DNA of 64,000 nucleotides from an uncultured cyanobacterium (GTDB taxonomy: Bacteria; Cyanobacteriota; Cyanobacteriia; Cyanobacteriales; Nostocaceae): positions 288,001-352,000 of the forward strand of contig CAVUDP010000004.1 of assembly GCA_963740315.1 (NCBI GenBank). The letters are read 5' to 3'. The notes beneath the pieces were generated by a model that ran no database searches, was not told the DNA's origin, and saw nothing but the letters and a program-made list of their open reading frames with translations. The position numbers were made by a program, and so were the translations under genes. Shown here one piece after another: positions 32,036 through 41,573 of the stretch (its first letter is position 1; each line of letters opens with the position of its first letter).

Positions 32036-32049
32036 GTTACGAATTATAC
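32036..32049 (+). promoter_or_regulatory. Putative NtcA box (variant GTT-N8-TAC) of the nirA promoter
   Basis: GTT-ACGAATTA-TAC, one mismatch to GTA-N8-TAC, about 40 nt downstream of the NtcB motif centre. Confidence 0.55.
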
Positions 32050-32217
32050 AAAACAATTAATACATTTATCTATTTAATAAGAACTTAACCTAAGTAAAGT
32101 TTGAAACAACGAACTTAATAATTTTGAGCATAAAAATACTTGCTTAATTGCAAAATTAGATAAATACTTGTAACTGTTTTATATTCGTTAACCTTGGATT
32201 CTTAAGGTAAAGCAACC

Positions 32218-33765
32218 GTGTCTACTACCCAATCGAATAAACCTGCAACTCTTAATAAGTTTGAGAAAATTAAAGCGGAAAAAGATGGATTAGCCATCAA
32301 AGATGAACTGGAAAATTTTGCCCAAATCGGTTGGGAGGCGATGGAAAAATCCGATTTGGAACATCGTCTCAAATGGGTAGGAGTTTTCTATCGTCCCGTG
32401 ACACCTGGTAAATTCATGTTGCGGATGCGAACTCCTAGTGGGATTTTATCTAGCAATCAGTTGCGCGTACTTGCGGAAATTGTCCAGCGTTACGGTGCAG
32501 ACGGTTGTGGTGATATTACAACTCGACAAAATATTCAGTTGCGGGGAGTTCGTCTCGAAGATATACCGGATATTTTTCGCCGTTTGGATGAAGTAGAAAT
32601 GACTTCTATGCAGTCGGGGATGGATAATGTCCGTAATATCACTGGTTCGCCAGTTGCGGGAATTGATGCGGAGGAACTGATTGATACCCGCGAATTGGTA
32701 CAAAAAGTTCAGGACATGATTACTAACAATGGTGAAGGTAATTATGCATTTACCAATCTTCCTCGAAAATTCAATATTGCGATCGAAGGGGGGCGGGATA
32801 ATTCAGTTCATGCTGAAATCAACGATATCGCCTTTGTTCCGGCTTATAAAAATGGAGAGTTGGGATTCAACGTTTTAGTTGGTGGCTTTTTCTCAGCTAA
32901 ACGTTGTGAAGGTGCGATACCTTTAAATGCTTGGGTTCTTCCCAACAACGATGATGTTGTCGATTTATGTCGAGCAATTCTATCTGTTTTCCGAGATAAC
33001 GGAGCAAGAGCAAATCGTCAAAAATCCAGATTAATGTGGTTGATTGATGAATTGGGAATCGATAAATTCCGTTCGATGGTGGAGCAAGAATTTGGACGTA
33101 CTTTAGCGATCGCAGCCGAGAAAGATGAAATCGACTGGGAAAAACGCGACTGTATCGGCGTTCATAAGCAAAAACAACCCGGTTTAAACTACGTTGGTTT
33201 GCACGTTCCCGTTGGAAGACTTTACGCCCAAGATATGTTCGACTTAGCCCGGTTAGCCGAAGTTTACGGTAGCAGTGAAGTACGTTTAACTGTCGAGCAA
33301 AACGCAATTATTCCCAATATTCTTGACGATAATTTAGAAGATTTTCTCACCGAACCTTTGCTGCAAAAATTTACTATCGAACCCGAACCATTAGAAAGGG
33401 CGCTGGTATCCTGTACGGGTTCTCAATTTTGTAACTTTGCGCTGGTGGAAACGAAAAATAGAGCCTTGGCTTTAACTAAACAGCTTGACGCAGAATTGGA
33501 TATGCCCAAATCTGTGAGAATCCATTGGACAGGCTGTCCTAACTCCTGCGGACAACCACAGGTAGCCGATATCGGACTAATGGGAACAAAAGTCCGTAAA
33601 GATGGCAAAACCGTTGAAGGGGTGGATTTGTACATGGGCGGGAAAGTAGGCAAAGATGCCCAATTAGGTACTTGCGTACAGAAAGGTATTCCTTGTGACG
33701 AGGTTAATACTGTCTTAAAGCGTATATTGATAGAAACTTTTGGCGCAAAGGCAAAGCAAGATTAG
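32218..33765 (+). CDS. nirA: Ferredoxin-nitrite reductase
   Basis: LNKFEKIKAEKDG, ITTRQNIQ, NLPRKFN, siroheme/4Fe-4S cysteines SCTGSQFCNFA and WTGCPNSCGQ. Confidence 0.97.
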   Translation: MSTTQSNKPATLNKFEKIKAEKDGLAIKDELENFAQIGWEAMEKSDLEHRLKWVGVFYRPVTPGKFMLRMRTPSGILSSNQLRVLAEIVQRYGADGCGDITTRQNIQLRGVRLEDIPDIFRRLDEVEMTSMQSGMDNVRNITGSPVAGIDAEELIDTRELVQKVQDMITNNGEGNYAFTNLPRKFNIAIEGGRDNSVHAEINDIAFVPAYKNGELGFNVLVGGFFSAKRCEGAIPLNAWVLPNNDDVVDLCRAILSVFRDNGARANRQKSRLMWLIDELGIDKFRSMVEQEFGRTLAIAAEKDEIDWEKRDCIGVHKQKQPGLNYVGLHVPVGRLYAQDMFDLARLAEVYGSSEVRLTVEQNAIIPNILDDNLEDFLTEPLLQKFTIEPEPLERALVSCTGSQFCNFALVETKNRALALTKQLDAELDMPKSVRIHWTGCPNSCGQPQVADIGLMGTKVRKDGKTVEGVDLYMGGKVGKDAQLGTCVQKGIPCDEVNTVLKRILIETFGAKAKQD

Positions 33766-33951
33766 TTTATACGATTAATTTACAAATGTATTTTGATCGT
33801 ATTTATACTATGCCCAAAAGTCTAAACTGATACAGTAAATTATGCGATCGCCGAGCATAATTAATTCAATCTTTGTTCTGATTTTAATATGCACCGTTCG
33901 CTGTATCTATCTCAAAGTAAATCTTACTACGAATAATTAAGAGGTTAATCG

Positions 33952-35499
33952 ATGCTTGGAGAATTGTTATCTTTTCGCGGCAGGTACAAAATCCTGCATA
34001 TGACTTGGTTCGCGTTCTTTCTATCATTCTTTGTTTGGTTTAACCTTGCTCCCTTAGCAACGCAGGTAAAAGCAGATTTTGGTTTGGAAGTAAGTCAAAT
34101 TAGAACCTTAGCAATTTGTAACGTTGCTTTGACGGTTCCGGCTCGAATCATCATCGGGATGCTATTAGATAAATTTGGTCCGAGAATTACTTATTCGTTA
34201 TTACTTATTTATGCAGCGATTCCCTGTATTGCCTTTGCCAGCGCTCAAAATTTTACACAGCTAGTAATCAGCCGTTTGGCATTAAGTATTGTTGGTGCGG
34301 GGTTTGTAATTGGTATCCGCATGGTTGCAGAATGGTTTCCTCCCAAAGAGATTGGTTTAGCTGAAGGAATCTATGGAGGTTGGGGTAACTTTGGTTCGGC
34401 TGCTGCGGCTTTTACTCTACCTACAATTGGTGCATTCTTAGCTTTTGGAGCAGGTGGAACTCTTAACTGGAGATTATGTATTGCTGGAAGCGGTATCGTT
34501 GCGGCTCTGTATGGAGTGCTGTATTTCTTCAACGTACAGGATCATCCTCCTGGAAAAGTCTATCAAAAGCCTAAGAATGCTAGAGGTTTGGAAGTAACCA
34601 GCGTCCGCGATTTCTGGTTTTTAATGTTGATGAACTTACCTCTGACAGGCATTTTGATGGTTCTGGCTTGGCGCTTGCAAAAGGTTGGCTTATACGGTGG
34701 CGAGACACTATTGCTCGTTTTGGCTGGATTGCTTGGTTTATATTTGTTCCAAGCTTATAACTGTTGGGTTGTAAACAAAGATTTGATTGCGGGTAAGAAA
34801 AAATATTCGGCGAAAGATCGTTACAATTTCTCTCAAGTAGCGATTCTGGAATTAACCTATGTGGTTAACTTTGGTTCGGAATTGGCTGTAGTTTCCATGC
34901 TTCCGGCGTTTTTTGAAGGAACATTTTCTTTAAACCCAGCAATGGCGGGAATGATCGCAGCTAGCTATGCTTTCATGAACCTGGTATCTCGTCCTGGTGG
35001 GGGCTTAATTTCAGACAAACTGGGTAGCCGCAGAATAACTATGGCTGTCCTCACTGGTTGTATGGGTATAGGCTACATGATGCTGGGATCGGTTGGTGCT
35101 GGCTGGTGGTTGCCCTTAGCTATCTTATTGGTTATGACTTGTTCTTTCTTCGTACAGGCTGGAGAGGGTTCGACATTTGCGATCGTTCCTTTGGTGAAGC
35201 GTCGAGTTACTGGTCAAATTGCGGGTAACGTGGGAGCTTATGGAAACGTTGGTGCTGTTGCTTATCTGACTATCTTTAGTTTGTTACCTGAGTGGTTGAG
35301 CGGTGGTGGAGAACAGACTCCGGCAGTTATTGCTCAGTCGAATACAGTCTTTTTCCAGATGATGGGTACTGCGGCTTTGATAGTTGCTTTCTTATGCTGG
35401 TTTGTTTTGAAAGAACCCGAAGGTTCGTTTGCAGAACATCATGAAGGAGAAGATGATTATTCTGAATTGGCGATCGAACCAAAAGGAATTCGTTCCTAG
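33952..35499 (+). CDS. nrtP: MFS nitrate/nitrite permease (NrtP/NarK family)
   Basis: HMTWFAFF, AEGIYGGWGNFG nitrate signature, FGSELAVVSMLP; lies between nirA and narB. Confidence 0.92.
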   Translation: MLGELLSFRGRYKILHMTWFAFFLSFFVWFNLAPLATQVKADFGLEVSQIRTLAICNVALTVPARIIIGMLLDKFGPRITYSLLLIYAAIPCIAFASAQNFTQLVISRLALSIVGAGFVIGIRMVAEWFPPKEIGLAEGIYGGWGNFGSAAAAFTLPTIGAFLAFGAGGTLNWRLCIAGSGIVAALYGVLYFFNVQDHPPGKVYQKPKNARGLEVTSVRDFWFLMLMNLPLTGILMVLAWRLQKVGLYGGETLLLVLAGLLGLYLFQAYNCWVVNKDLIAGKKKYSAKDRYNFSQVAILELTYVVNFGSELAVVSMLPAFFEGTFSLNPAMAGMIAASYAFMNLVSRPGGGLISDKLGSRRITMAVLTGCMGIGYMMLGSVGAGWWLPLAILLVMTCSFFVQAGEGSTFAIVPLVKRRVTGQIAGNVGAYGNVGAVAYLTIFSLLPEWLSGGGEQTPAVIAQSNTVFFQMMGTAALIVAFLCWFVLKEPEGSFAEHHEGEDDYSELAIEPKGIRS

Positions 35500-35569
35500 T
35501 ATTGGTTTTTGGTTTACTAAGGAATCGATGAGTAAAGTGTTATTTTCGTCGGTTCCTTTTTTTCTTCTT

Positions 35570-35910
35570 GTAGGGTGTGTTAGACGCAAAAGTATATACA
35601 AATTTAAACGACGATTTGTATACGTCTAACGCACCATCCGGAATTGCCTCATAAACCTATAAGCCTTTTAATCTCGTATTAAGTAGTTAAACATAATTAA
35701 TTGCACAATGTCATTGCGAGTGAAACGGAGTGAAACGAAGCAATCGCAAGGGCTGGGAAAGATCCGCACAGCGAACAATGACGGTAAATATTTTTGTTTA
35801 CTTACTTATTCTTTTTTTAAACGTCGTACCCTTTCCGTCTTCAGATGGTGCGTTACGGCTTTATCTGAATAGTAATCTTTAACAAAAATTTTATTGTGCC
35901 GTAACACAAC
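35570..35910. repeat. Cluster of palindromic elements between nrtP and narB
   Basis: GTAG hairpin 35570-35636; imperfect TIR element 35681-35807 (AAGTAGTTAAACA...TGTTTACTTACTT) enclosing a degenerate GTCATTGCGA element at 35709-35783; inverted GTAG-family hairpin 35846-35910. Confidence 0.7.
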
Positions 35911-36040
35911 GGCAATAAAGCAGGAGGAACATCCACACTGCTTTTTGCCTCCCCTACAATTAGGTTTTATGAGTAAAACAAGTTTTTTAAATAATCATTT
36001 CATTAAATAATTTTCCGATATTTAATAACAACCATAAAAT

Positions 36041-38332
36041 ATGTCCGATTCAATTAAAACTCTTTGCCCTTATTGCGGTGTTGGGTGCGGTTTAGAAGTT
36101 TCTCCTCCCGCAGCATCGGGACGTGCAACTCATCGAGATAATCAAGGTAATCCGATTTGGAAAGTAGTTGGTGATAAAAGCCATCCTTCATCTAAAGGTA
36201 TGGTTTGCGTTAAGGGAGCTACCGTTACAGAATCTCTCGACCAAAATCGGCTCAAATACCCAATGATGCGGGATTCTCTGTCAGAATCTTTTACTCAAGT
36301 CACTTGGGATGAAGCTTTTAATAAAATCGTCGATCGCATTCAAACCATTCGCCAAAATCGCGGTGCGGATGCTATTTGTATGTACGGTTCCGGTCAGTTT
36401 CAAACTGAAGATTATTATATTGCTCAAAAATTAATCAAAGGCTGTTTGGGAACTAATAATTTTGATGCCAATTCGCGCTTGTGTATGTCTTCGGCAGTTG
36501 CAGGCTATACGCAAAGCTTTGGTGCTGACGGACCACCTTGTTGCTATGAAGATTTAGAATTAACCGATTGTGCTTTTCTAATCGGTACCAACACCGCAGA
36601 ATGTCACCCGATTGTTTTCAACCGTTTGCGGAAGCATCATAAAAAAAATCGCAACGTCAAAATGATTGTTGTAGATCCCCGATGTACTAAAACAGCGGAA
36701 GTTGCAGATTTACATTTAGCAATTAATCCCGGCACAGATATTGACTTACTCAACGGTATTGCTCATTTATTAATGCGTTGGGGTGCGTTTGATAGTTTAT
36801 TTATCGATGAATGTACTCAAGGATTTTCTAATTACGCTGAGGTTATTCAAGATTATCCTCCGGAAGTAGTTTCTCAAAAATGCGGTATTGGTACAGATGA
36901 ACTCGAACAGGCAGCGCGTTACTGGGCTGATTCCAAGAAAGTCCTGTCTTTATGGTCGATGGGCATAAATCAATCTTCCGAAGGTACCGCAAAAGTGCGT
37001 ACTTTGATTAATCTGCATTTAATGACGGGAAATATTTGCAAACCCGGAGCCGGACCATTTTCATTAACCGGACAACCCAACGCAATGGGCGGTAGAGAAG
37101 CCGGAGGTTTAGCTCACATTCTCCCCGGATATCGCTCGGTGAAGAATGCCCAACATCGAACTGAAGTAGAGCAAGTTTGGGGTTTGAATCCAGGTCAAAT
37201 TTCAGATGAACCCGGTCGCGATGCCTGGAGTATGATTACAGGATTGGAAACTGGTGAAGTCGATCTACTGTGGATTGCAGCTACAAATCCAGCAGTAAGT
37301 ATGCCAGATTTGCAGCGAACGAAAGCGGCTTTACTCAAATCTCCCTTCACGATTTATCAAGACGCTTATTATCCCACCGAAACTTCTGCTTACGCTCACC
37401 TATTATTACCAGCAGCCCAATGGGGTGAAAAAACTGGAACCATGACTAACTCAGAACGAGTTGTAACTTTGTGTCCCCAGTTTCGGGAACCCCCAGGTGT
37501 TGCCAAAGCCGATTGGGAAATCTTCGCCGAAGTCGGTCGCCGTCTTGGTTTTGAGGATAAATTTGCTTTTACAGACGCAGCCGCAGTTCATGCCGAATTT
37601 GTGGAATTAACTCGCGATCGCCCTTGCAATATGGGGGAAATCAATCACGAAAACTTAGCAACTATCGGTCCAATGCAGTGGTACGATACCCAAAAAGCAG
37701 AAATAGAAGTTGAGGAAAATGATTCCGGTTTCTGGTCATCGTTATTAGAAGGTTTTACCGAAAAAGAACCACTTCAAGGAAAGAGACTTTATACAGATTT
37801 ACGCTTTCATACCCCGGATGGTAGGGCAAAATTTGCGGCTTATCATTCTCGCGGATTAGCAGAACCACCGTGTGAAGAGTATCCTTTCGTTCTTACGGTT
37901 GGGAGATTATACGGTCACTGGCACACCCAAACCCGCACGGGAAGAATTGAGAAAATCGTCAAAATGCATCCTCAACCTTTCATCGAAATTCATCCCCGCG
38001 ATGCAGCAAAATTAGAAATTACAGACGGAGACTCGATAGAAATAAAATCCCGTCGCGGAACAGCAAAATTTCCGGCAAAAGTAACTAAGGCGATCGCCCC
38101 CAAAACCGTATTTGTTCCCATGCACTGGGGCGCTTTGTGGGCTGACGATGCCGAAGCTAATAACATGACTCATCCCGAATCTTGTCCGATATCTCTACAG
38201 CCAGAACTGAAAGCTTGTGCGGTGCAACTTGTCCCAGTTACCTCTCTCCCACAGCCTTCCAAAGAGTTGCCTCACCAGGAACCGTCACAGCCTGCTGACT
38301 TGATTCCGGTGTCAACCTCGAACCATAAGTAA
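36041..38332 (+). CDS. narB: Assimilatory ferredoxin-nitrate reductase
   Basis: CPYCGVGC...CVKG cluster motif, [37 protein letters not shown]. Confidence 0.97.
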   Translation: MSDSIKTLCPYCGVGCGLEVSPPAASGRATHRDNQGNPIWKVVGDKSHPSSKGMVCVKGATVTESLDQNRLKYPMMRDSLSESFTQVTWDEAFNKIVDRIQTIRQNRGADAICMYGSGQFQTEDYYIAQKLIKGCLGTNNFDANSRLCMSSAVAGYTQSFGADGPPCCYEDLELTDCAFLIGTNTAECHPIVFNRLRKHHKKNRNVKMIVVDPRCTKTAEVADLHLAINPGTDIDLLNGIAHLLMRWGAFDSLFIDECTQGFSNYAEVIQDYPPEVVSQKCGIGTDELEQAARYWADSKKVLSLWSMGINQSSEGTAKVRTLINLHLMTGNICKPGAGPFSLTGQPNAMGGREAGGLAHILPGYRSVKNAQHRTEVEQVWGLNPGQISDEPGRDAWSMITGLETGEVDLLWIAATNPAVSMPDLQRTKAALLKSPFTIYQDAYYPTETSAYAHLLLPAAQWGEKTGTMTNSERVVTLCPQFREPPGVAKADWEIFAEVGRRLGFEDKFAFTDAAAVHAEFVELTRDRPCNMGEINHENLATIGPMQWYDTQKAEIEVEENDSGFWSSLLEGFTEKEPLQGKRLYTDLRFHTPDGRAKFAAYHSRGLAEPPCEEYPFVLTVGRLYGHWHTQTRTGRIEKIVKMHPQPFIEIHPRDAAKLEITDGDSIEIKSRRGTAKFPAKVTKAIAPKTVFVPMHWGALWADDAEANNMTHPESCPISLQPELKACAVQLVPVTSLPQPSKELPHQEPSQPADLIPVSTSNHK

Positions 38333-38551
38333 TCGGAATCGCACCTAAAACAAACGAAGCGAATACCACTAGAAAAATCGTGCGAATATTATGCTGTGGA
38401 TGTTGGCTAAGTTCGCCATTATTTTCGATGTGGCGACCCAAATGTTTAACATTCATATCAAAAATATTTCCGAAAATAGATGATTTAACAACTCCAATTT
38501 TAAATAAAAATAGAAAAATGTAGTCAATGTAACCGTTTAATTTTACAAAAA

Positions 38552-38565
38552 GTAACGAGAGTTAC
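38552..38565. promoter_or_regulatory. Perfect NtcA box upstream of narM
   Basis: GTA-ACGAGAGT-TAC (GTA-N8-TAC), 40 nt before the narM ATG. Confidence 0.65.
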
Positions 38566-38604
38566 AGTTTTTTTTTGAAAAGATGGAAAAAAGAGGAAAT
38601 ATCA

Positions 38605-39057
38605 ATGAGCGACTTTTTTAAATTCGAGGCTGATTTTGTCGATAGCTTGCGCTGCATACCCATGCAGGTACGTTTAAAACTAGATAACACCGGAGTCAAG
38701 CTGAAATTATCTCACTGGTATCAATTTACAGAACAAGAACGTCAAACTTTAGTTGAAATGCCCTGCACGAGCGCTGAAGAATGTTTAAATTATCGAGAAT
38801 TTTTGCAAAACTTGATTATTGACAAAACAGGAACCGCCGCCAGCGAACTTCCCGTAGAAGACAATCCCGCTTGGATGAACGAGAAAGAAATTCCCGAAAT
38901 TGTACAAACTGCCTCGGCAGAGAAAAGCGTTAATATTACAGTTGAACAATGGGAAAAACTGACACCATTGCAACGTTTTGCTTTAATAAAACTTAGTCGA
39001 GCAAGCCATGAAAACCAAAACTTTTATCCAGCAATTCAGGAATTTGGGTTAGTTTAA
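38605..39057 (+). CDS. narM: Nitrate reductase associated protein NarM
   Basis: FEADFVDSLRCIPMQVRLKLD, LQRFALIKLSR..HEN; downstream of narB. Confidence 0.88.
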   Translation: MSDFFKFEADFVDSLRCIPMQVRLKLDNTGVKLKLSHWYQFTEQERQTLVEMPCTSAEECLNYREFLQNLIIDKTGTAASELPVEDNPAWMNEKEIPEIVQTASAEKSVNITVEQWEKLTPLQRFALIKLSRASHENQNFYPAIQEFGLV

Positions 39058-39244
39058 ATAGCTAGACTGTAAAATTGATATCAAATCAGTAAAAATAATG
39101 CTTAACAATGGTATCTACTGAGTTAGTGGAACAGTTTGGGGGAAGCAAGTTTCAAACCATTGTTGCCAAAGCACGTTAAATTATAAAGAAAAACCACAGG
39201 AAGTTATTTGTCTATAATTAGAATTGTTGCGGAGACTCCAAAGC

Positions 39245-39475
39245 ATGAGTGAAACTGCGGAAAAACTTAAACTTCAACTTTCTCAGCTTTCTGGAAAAGA
39301 ACGTGCTGAAATTGCCTACTTTTTAATTCATTCTCTAGATGAGGGTATAGATGATAATCTAGAAATTGCTTGGGATACGGAATTAAGCCAACGGTTGGAA
39401 GATATTAATCGCAAAACAGCCATTGGAGAACCATCATCTCAAGTTTTTTCTGAGTTACGAGAAAAGTATTCGTGA
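39245..39475 (+). CDS. Addiction-module antitoxin component
   Basis: LSGKERAEIAYFLIHSL..AWDTELSQR; GTGA overlap with downstream toxin. Confidence 0.8.
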   Translation: MSETAEKLKLQLSQLSGKERAEIAYFLIHSLDEGIDDNLEIAWDTELSQRLEDINRKTAIGEPSSQVFSELREKYS

Positions 39476-39780
39476 AGTTTGTTGTTATCCACACCGAAGC
39501 TAGAAAGGAGCTTGATGCTGCAATAGCTTACTATGAAGCTCAAACAGTAGGCTTGGGATTAGATTTACTCTCTGAAGTGGAAAGAATTCTTCTTAAAATT
39601 CAGCGAAACCCCAATTTAGGAATCCCATACAAGATTGAAGGAATACGTCGTTATGCTATTCAACGTTTTCCCTATCTGATTTTTTACACAGAGCTTGAAG
39701 AAGTGATTTGGGTTATTGCGATCGCGCATAATAAACGAAAACCGAATTACTGGAAAAAAAGAAATATTGAAATTGAATAA
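39472..39780 (+). CDS. RelE/ParE family toxin
   Basis: ARKELDAAIAYYE, GLG..L, RFPYLIFY, IAIAHNKRKPNYW. Confidence 0.88.
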   Translation: MKFVVIHTEARKELDAAIAYYEAQTVGLGLDLLSEVERILLKIQRNPNLGIPYKIEGIRRYAIQRFPYLIFYTELEEVIWVIAIAHNKRKPNYWKKRNIEIE

Positions 39781-39848
39781 AAAATTGGATAAACTCCCGT
39801 GTTATTTACAATATCCTCCTAACTCCTAACCCGTAACTACTCTTCCCC

Positions 39849-40460
39849 TTGTCTCCCCATCCCCTTGTCTCCCCATCTCCCCATCCCCGCATCGCTGCCT
39901 TAATCCTCGCAGGTGGTAAAAGTTCTCGTATGGGTAGCGATAAAGCACTTGTAGATTACCAAGGTAAACCGATGTTGCTTTCTGTTTATCAAGTTGCTGC
40001 TGCTTGTACCGAACAAGTTTATATTCTGACTCCTTGGAGCGATCGCTATCAAAGTATTTTGCCGCCAGATTGTCAATATCTAGTTGAAAGTCAGCCGGGA
40101 AAGGGACCTGTAAATGGTTTATATCAAGGGTTAGAGCAAATTTCCGCCGACTGGATATTATTACTTGCTTGCGATTTACCTTTATTAGATGTAGAAATTT
40201 TGCAAAGCTGGATAAATAAACTTCCACAAATTCCAGCTTCAACATTGGCTTTAGTTCCACAGCGATCGCAAATTTGGGAACCGATGTGTGGTTTTTATCG
40301 AAAAGAGGTAAAAACGGAATTAGATATTTTTTTGAAAATGGGAAAGCGATCGTTTCAAGAATTGCTTTCGGGTATTGATGTAGAAGCTTTAAATGTTGAT
40401 GAAAAAACGAGTTTGATGTTGTTTAATTGTAATTCTCCGGGGGATTTGGAATCGTCGTAA
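39849..40460 (+). CDS. mobA: Molybdenum cofactor guanylyltransferase
   Basis: ILAGGKSSRMGSDKAL, GP..G, LLACDLP, EP, FNCN; start uncertain (TTG within an STRR). Confidence 0.92.
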   Translation: MSPHPLVSPSPHPRIAALILAGGKSSRMGSDKALVDYQGKPMLLSVYQVAAACTEQVYILTPWSDRYQSILPPDCQYLVESQPGKGPVNGLYQGLEQISADWILLLACDLPLLDVEILQSWINKLPQIPASTLALVPQRSQIWEPMCGFYRKEVKTELDIFLKMGKRSFQELLSGIDVEALNVDEKTSLMLFNCNSPGDLESS

Positions 40461-40564
40461 AATAGCCCTCAGACTGGAAGTCTGGGGAACCAACGAAACA
40501 AAGTCCGCCTGCGCGGACTAATAGCCTAATCGATCGTAGTTTTTGTAGGCAGACTTAAGAATAA

Positions 40565-40690
40565 CAGGACTTACGCAACTGGCATATTTTTATTGTAGGG
40601 TGTGTGACGCATTTATCTCGTTTGAACTTAGTAATAAGACTTGTAGCGTCACGCACCACCCTCTTAACTGTAACAATATCGTAAGTCCTG
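40565..40690. mobile_element. MITE-like element with TIR CAGGACTTACG enclosing a GTAG hairpin
   Basis: CAGGACTTACG...CGTAAGTCCTG termini, AATAA on both flanks (candidate target duplication), internal hairpin 40595-40658. Confidence 0.65.
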
Positions 40691-40703
40691 AATAATATAA
40701 TTT

Positions 40704-41351
40704 CTATGTATTAGCTTGATAAAATAATTTGAGCCGGGAATACCATAATTTCCAGCAATTAATCAAGCTTGCTCTGTCAAATTCAAAAATCTCCGCTTCT
40801 CGATCGCGTAAAGCAACAACGATTAAAGCGCGGCGAATGTTGCAACCGAAAAGACTTTCGCCATAATATCTGTTAATTGCACCGCCATAAGCAACTAGCT
40901 GTAAAGGCTTATCATAAAGATTTTCAATTTTTAATTTCGGTTTTTCAGAAGTAGTCCATTCAATTACGTGAGGAATACCTTTGTAACGTGCGACTAAATC
41001 TACTTTTGCCGTGTATTTTTCTTGATAGTTGGGTATAAGTTTTTCAATTAATTGAATATCGCTAAGTTCGTTTAGCACAGGTTGAATACTATCCCAGTAA
41101 GGTTCGATAAATTTGTTTGTTGGTTTAGATAAGTTACCTTGCAAATGTTCTTGAATTGTTTGATGTAAAGCTTTCCCACGACAACAGCTATTAAATATTA
41201 TTTGATTTGCCTTTGTCTTACCAACTTTTTTACGCCAAGAAGATAAAGCCGCTAAAGATTTTGGTGATTGTGTTGCTTTTAAAATAGTGGTGACGCTGGG
41301 AAGATTGTTTTGTTTGTGTTGATAGGGTTGGTTGATGTAAGTGGTTCTCAT
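40704..41351 (-). CDS. PD-(D/E)xK exonuclease (MGME1/phage-exonuclease-like)
   Basis: LPSVTTIL, LSSWRKKVG, RGKALH, E..., KVDLVA, IEWTTS, LQLVAY. Confidence 0.8.
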   Translation of the reverse strand: MRTTYINQPYQHKQNNLPSVTTILKATQSPKSLAALSSWRKKVGKTKANQIIFNSCCRGKALHQTIQEHLQGNLSKPTNKFIEPYWDSIQPVLNELSDIQLIEKLIPNYQEKYTAKVDLVARYKGIPHVIEWTTSEKPKLKIENLYDKPLQLVAYGGAINRYYGESLFGCNIRRALIVVALRDREAEIFEFDRASLINCWKLWYSRLKLFYQANT

Positions 41352-41421
41352 CAAAGTTATTTTCTAAAAGTTGCTGAATTTATTCTTGCAACTTTGCTTT
41401 GAAGATAACTCTCATACTGAA

Positions 41422-41451
41422 ACTGACATAGGCTGACTTAGACTGACATAG
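41422..41451 (+). promoter_or_regulatory. Triple 10-bp direct repeat, candidate operator
   Basis: ACTGACATAG-GCTGACTTAG-ACTGACATAG between the divergent exonuclease and HTH-NACHT genes. Confidence 0.5.
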
Positions 41452-41573
41452 CTCTAATCATTTCTAAAACTTGCTTACAATTGCTATTTATAAGTCAAAA
41501 TAACCAATATGAGAAAACCTAAGTTTTCAAAGCTAAATATTAAATTGTTTTTAGATAAATAAAAAAATAACCA

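Noticed and set aside
38238..38456. 72-aa minus-strand ORF with a hydrophobic stretch
   Set aside because: It overlaps the narB 3' end by 95 bp and has no recognisable family; it cannot be supported, though a small membrane protein is not excluded.
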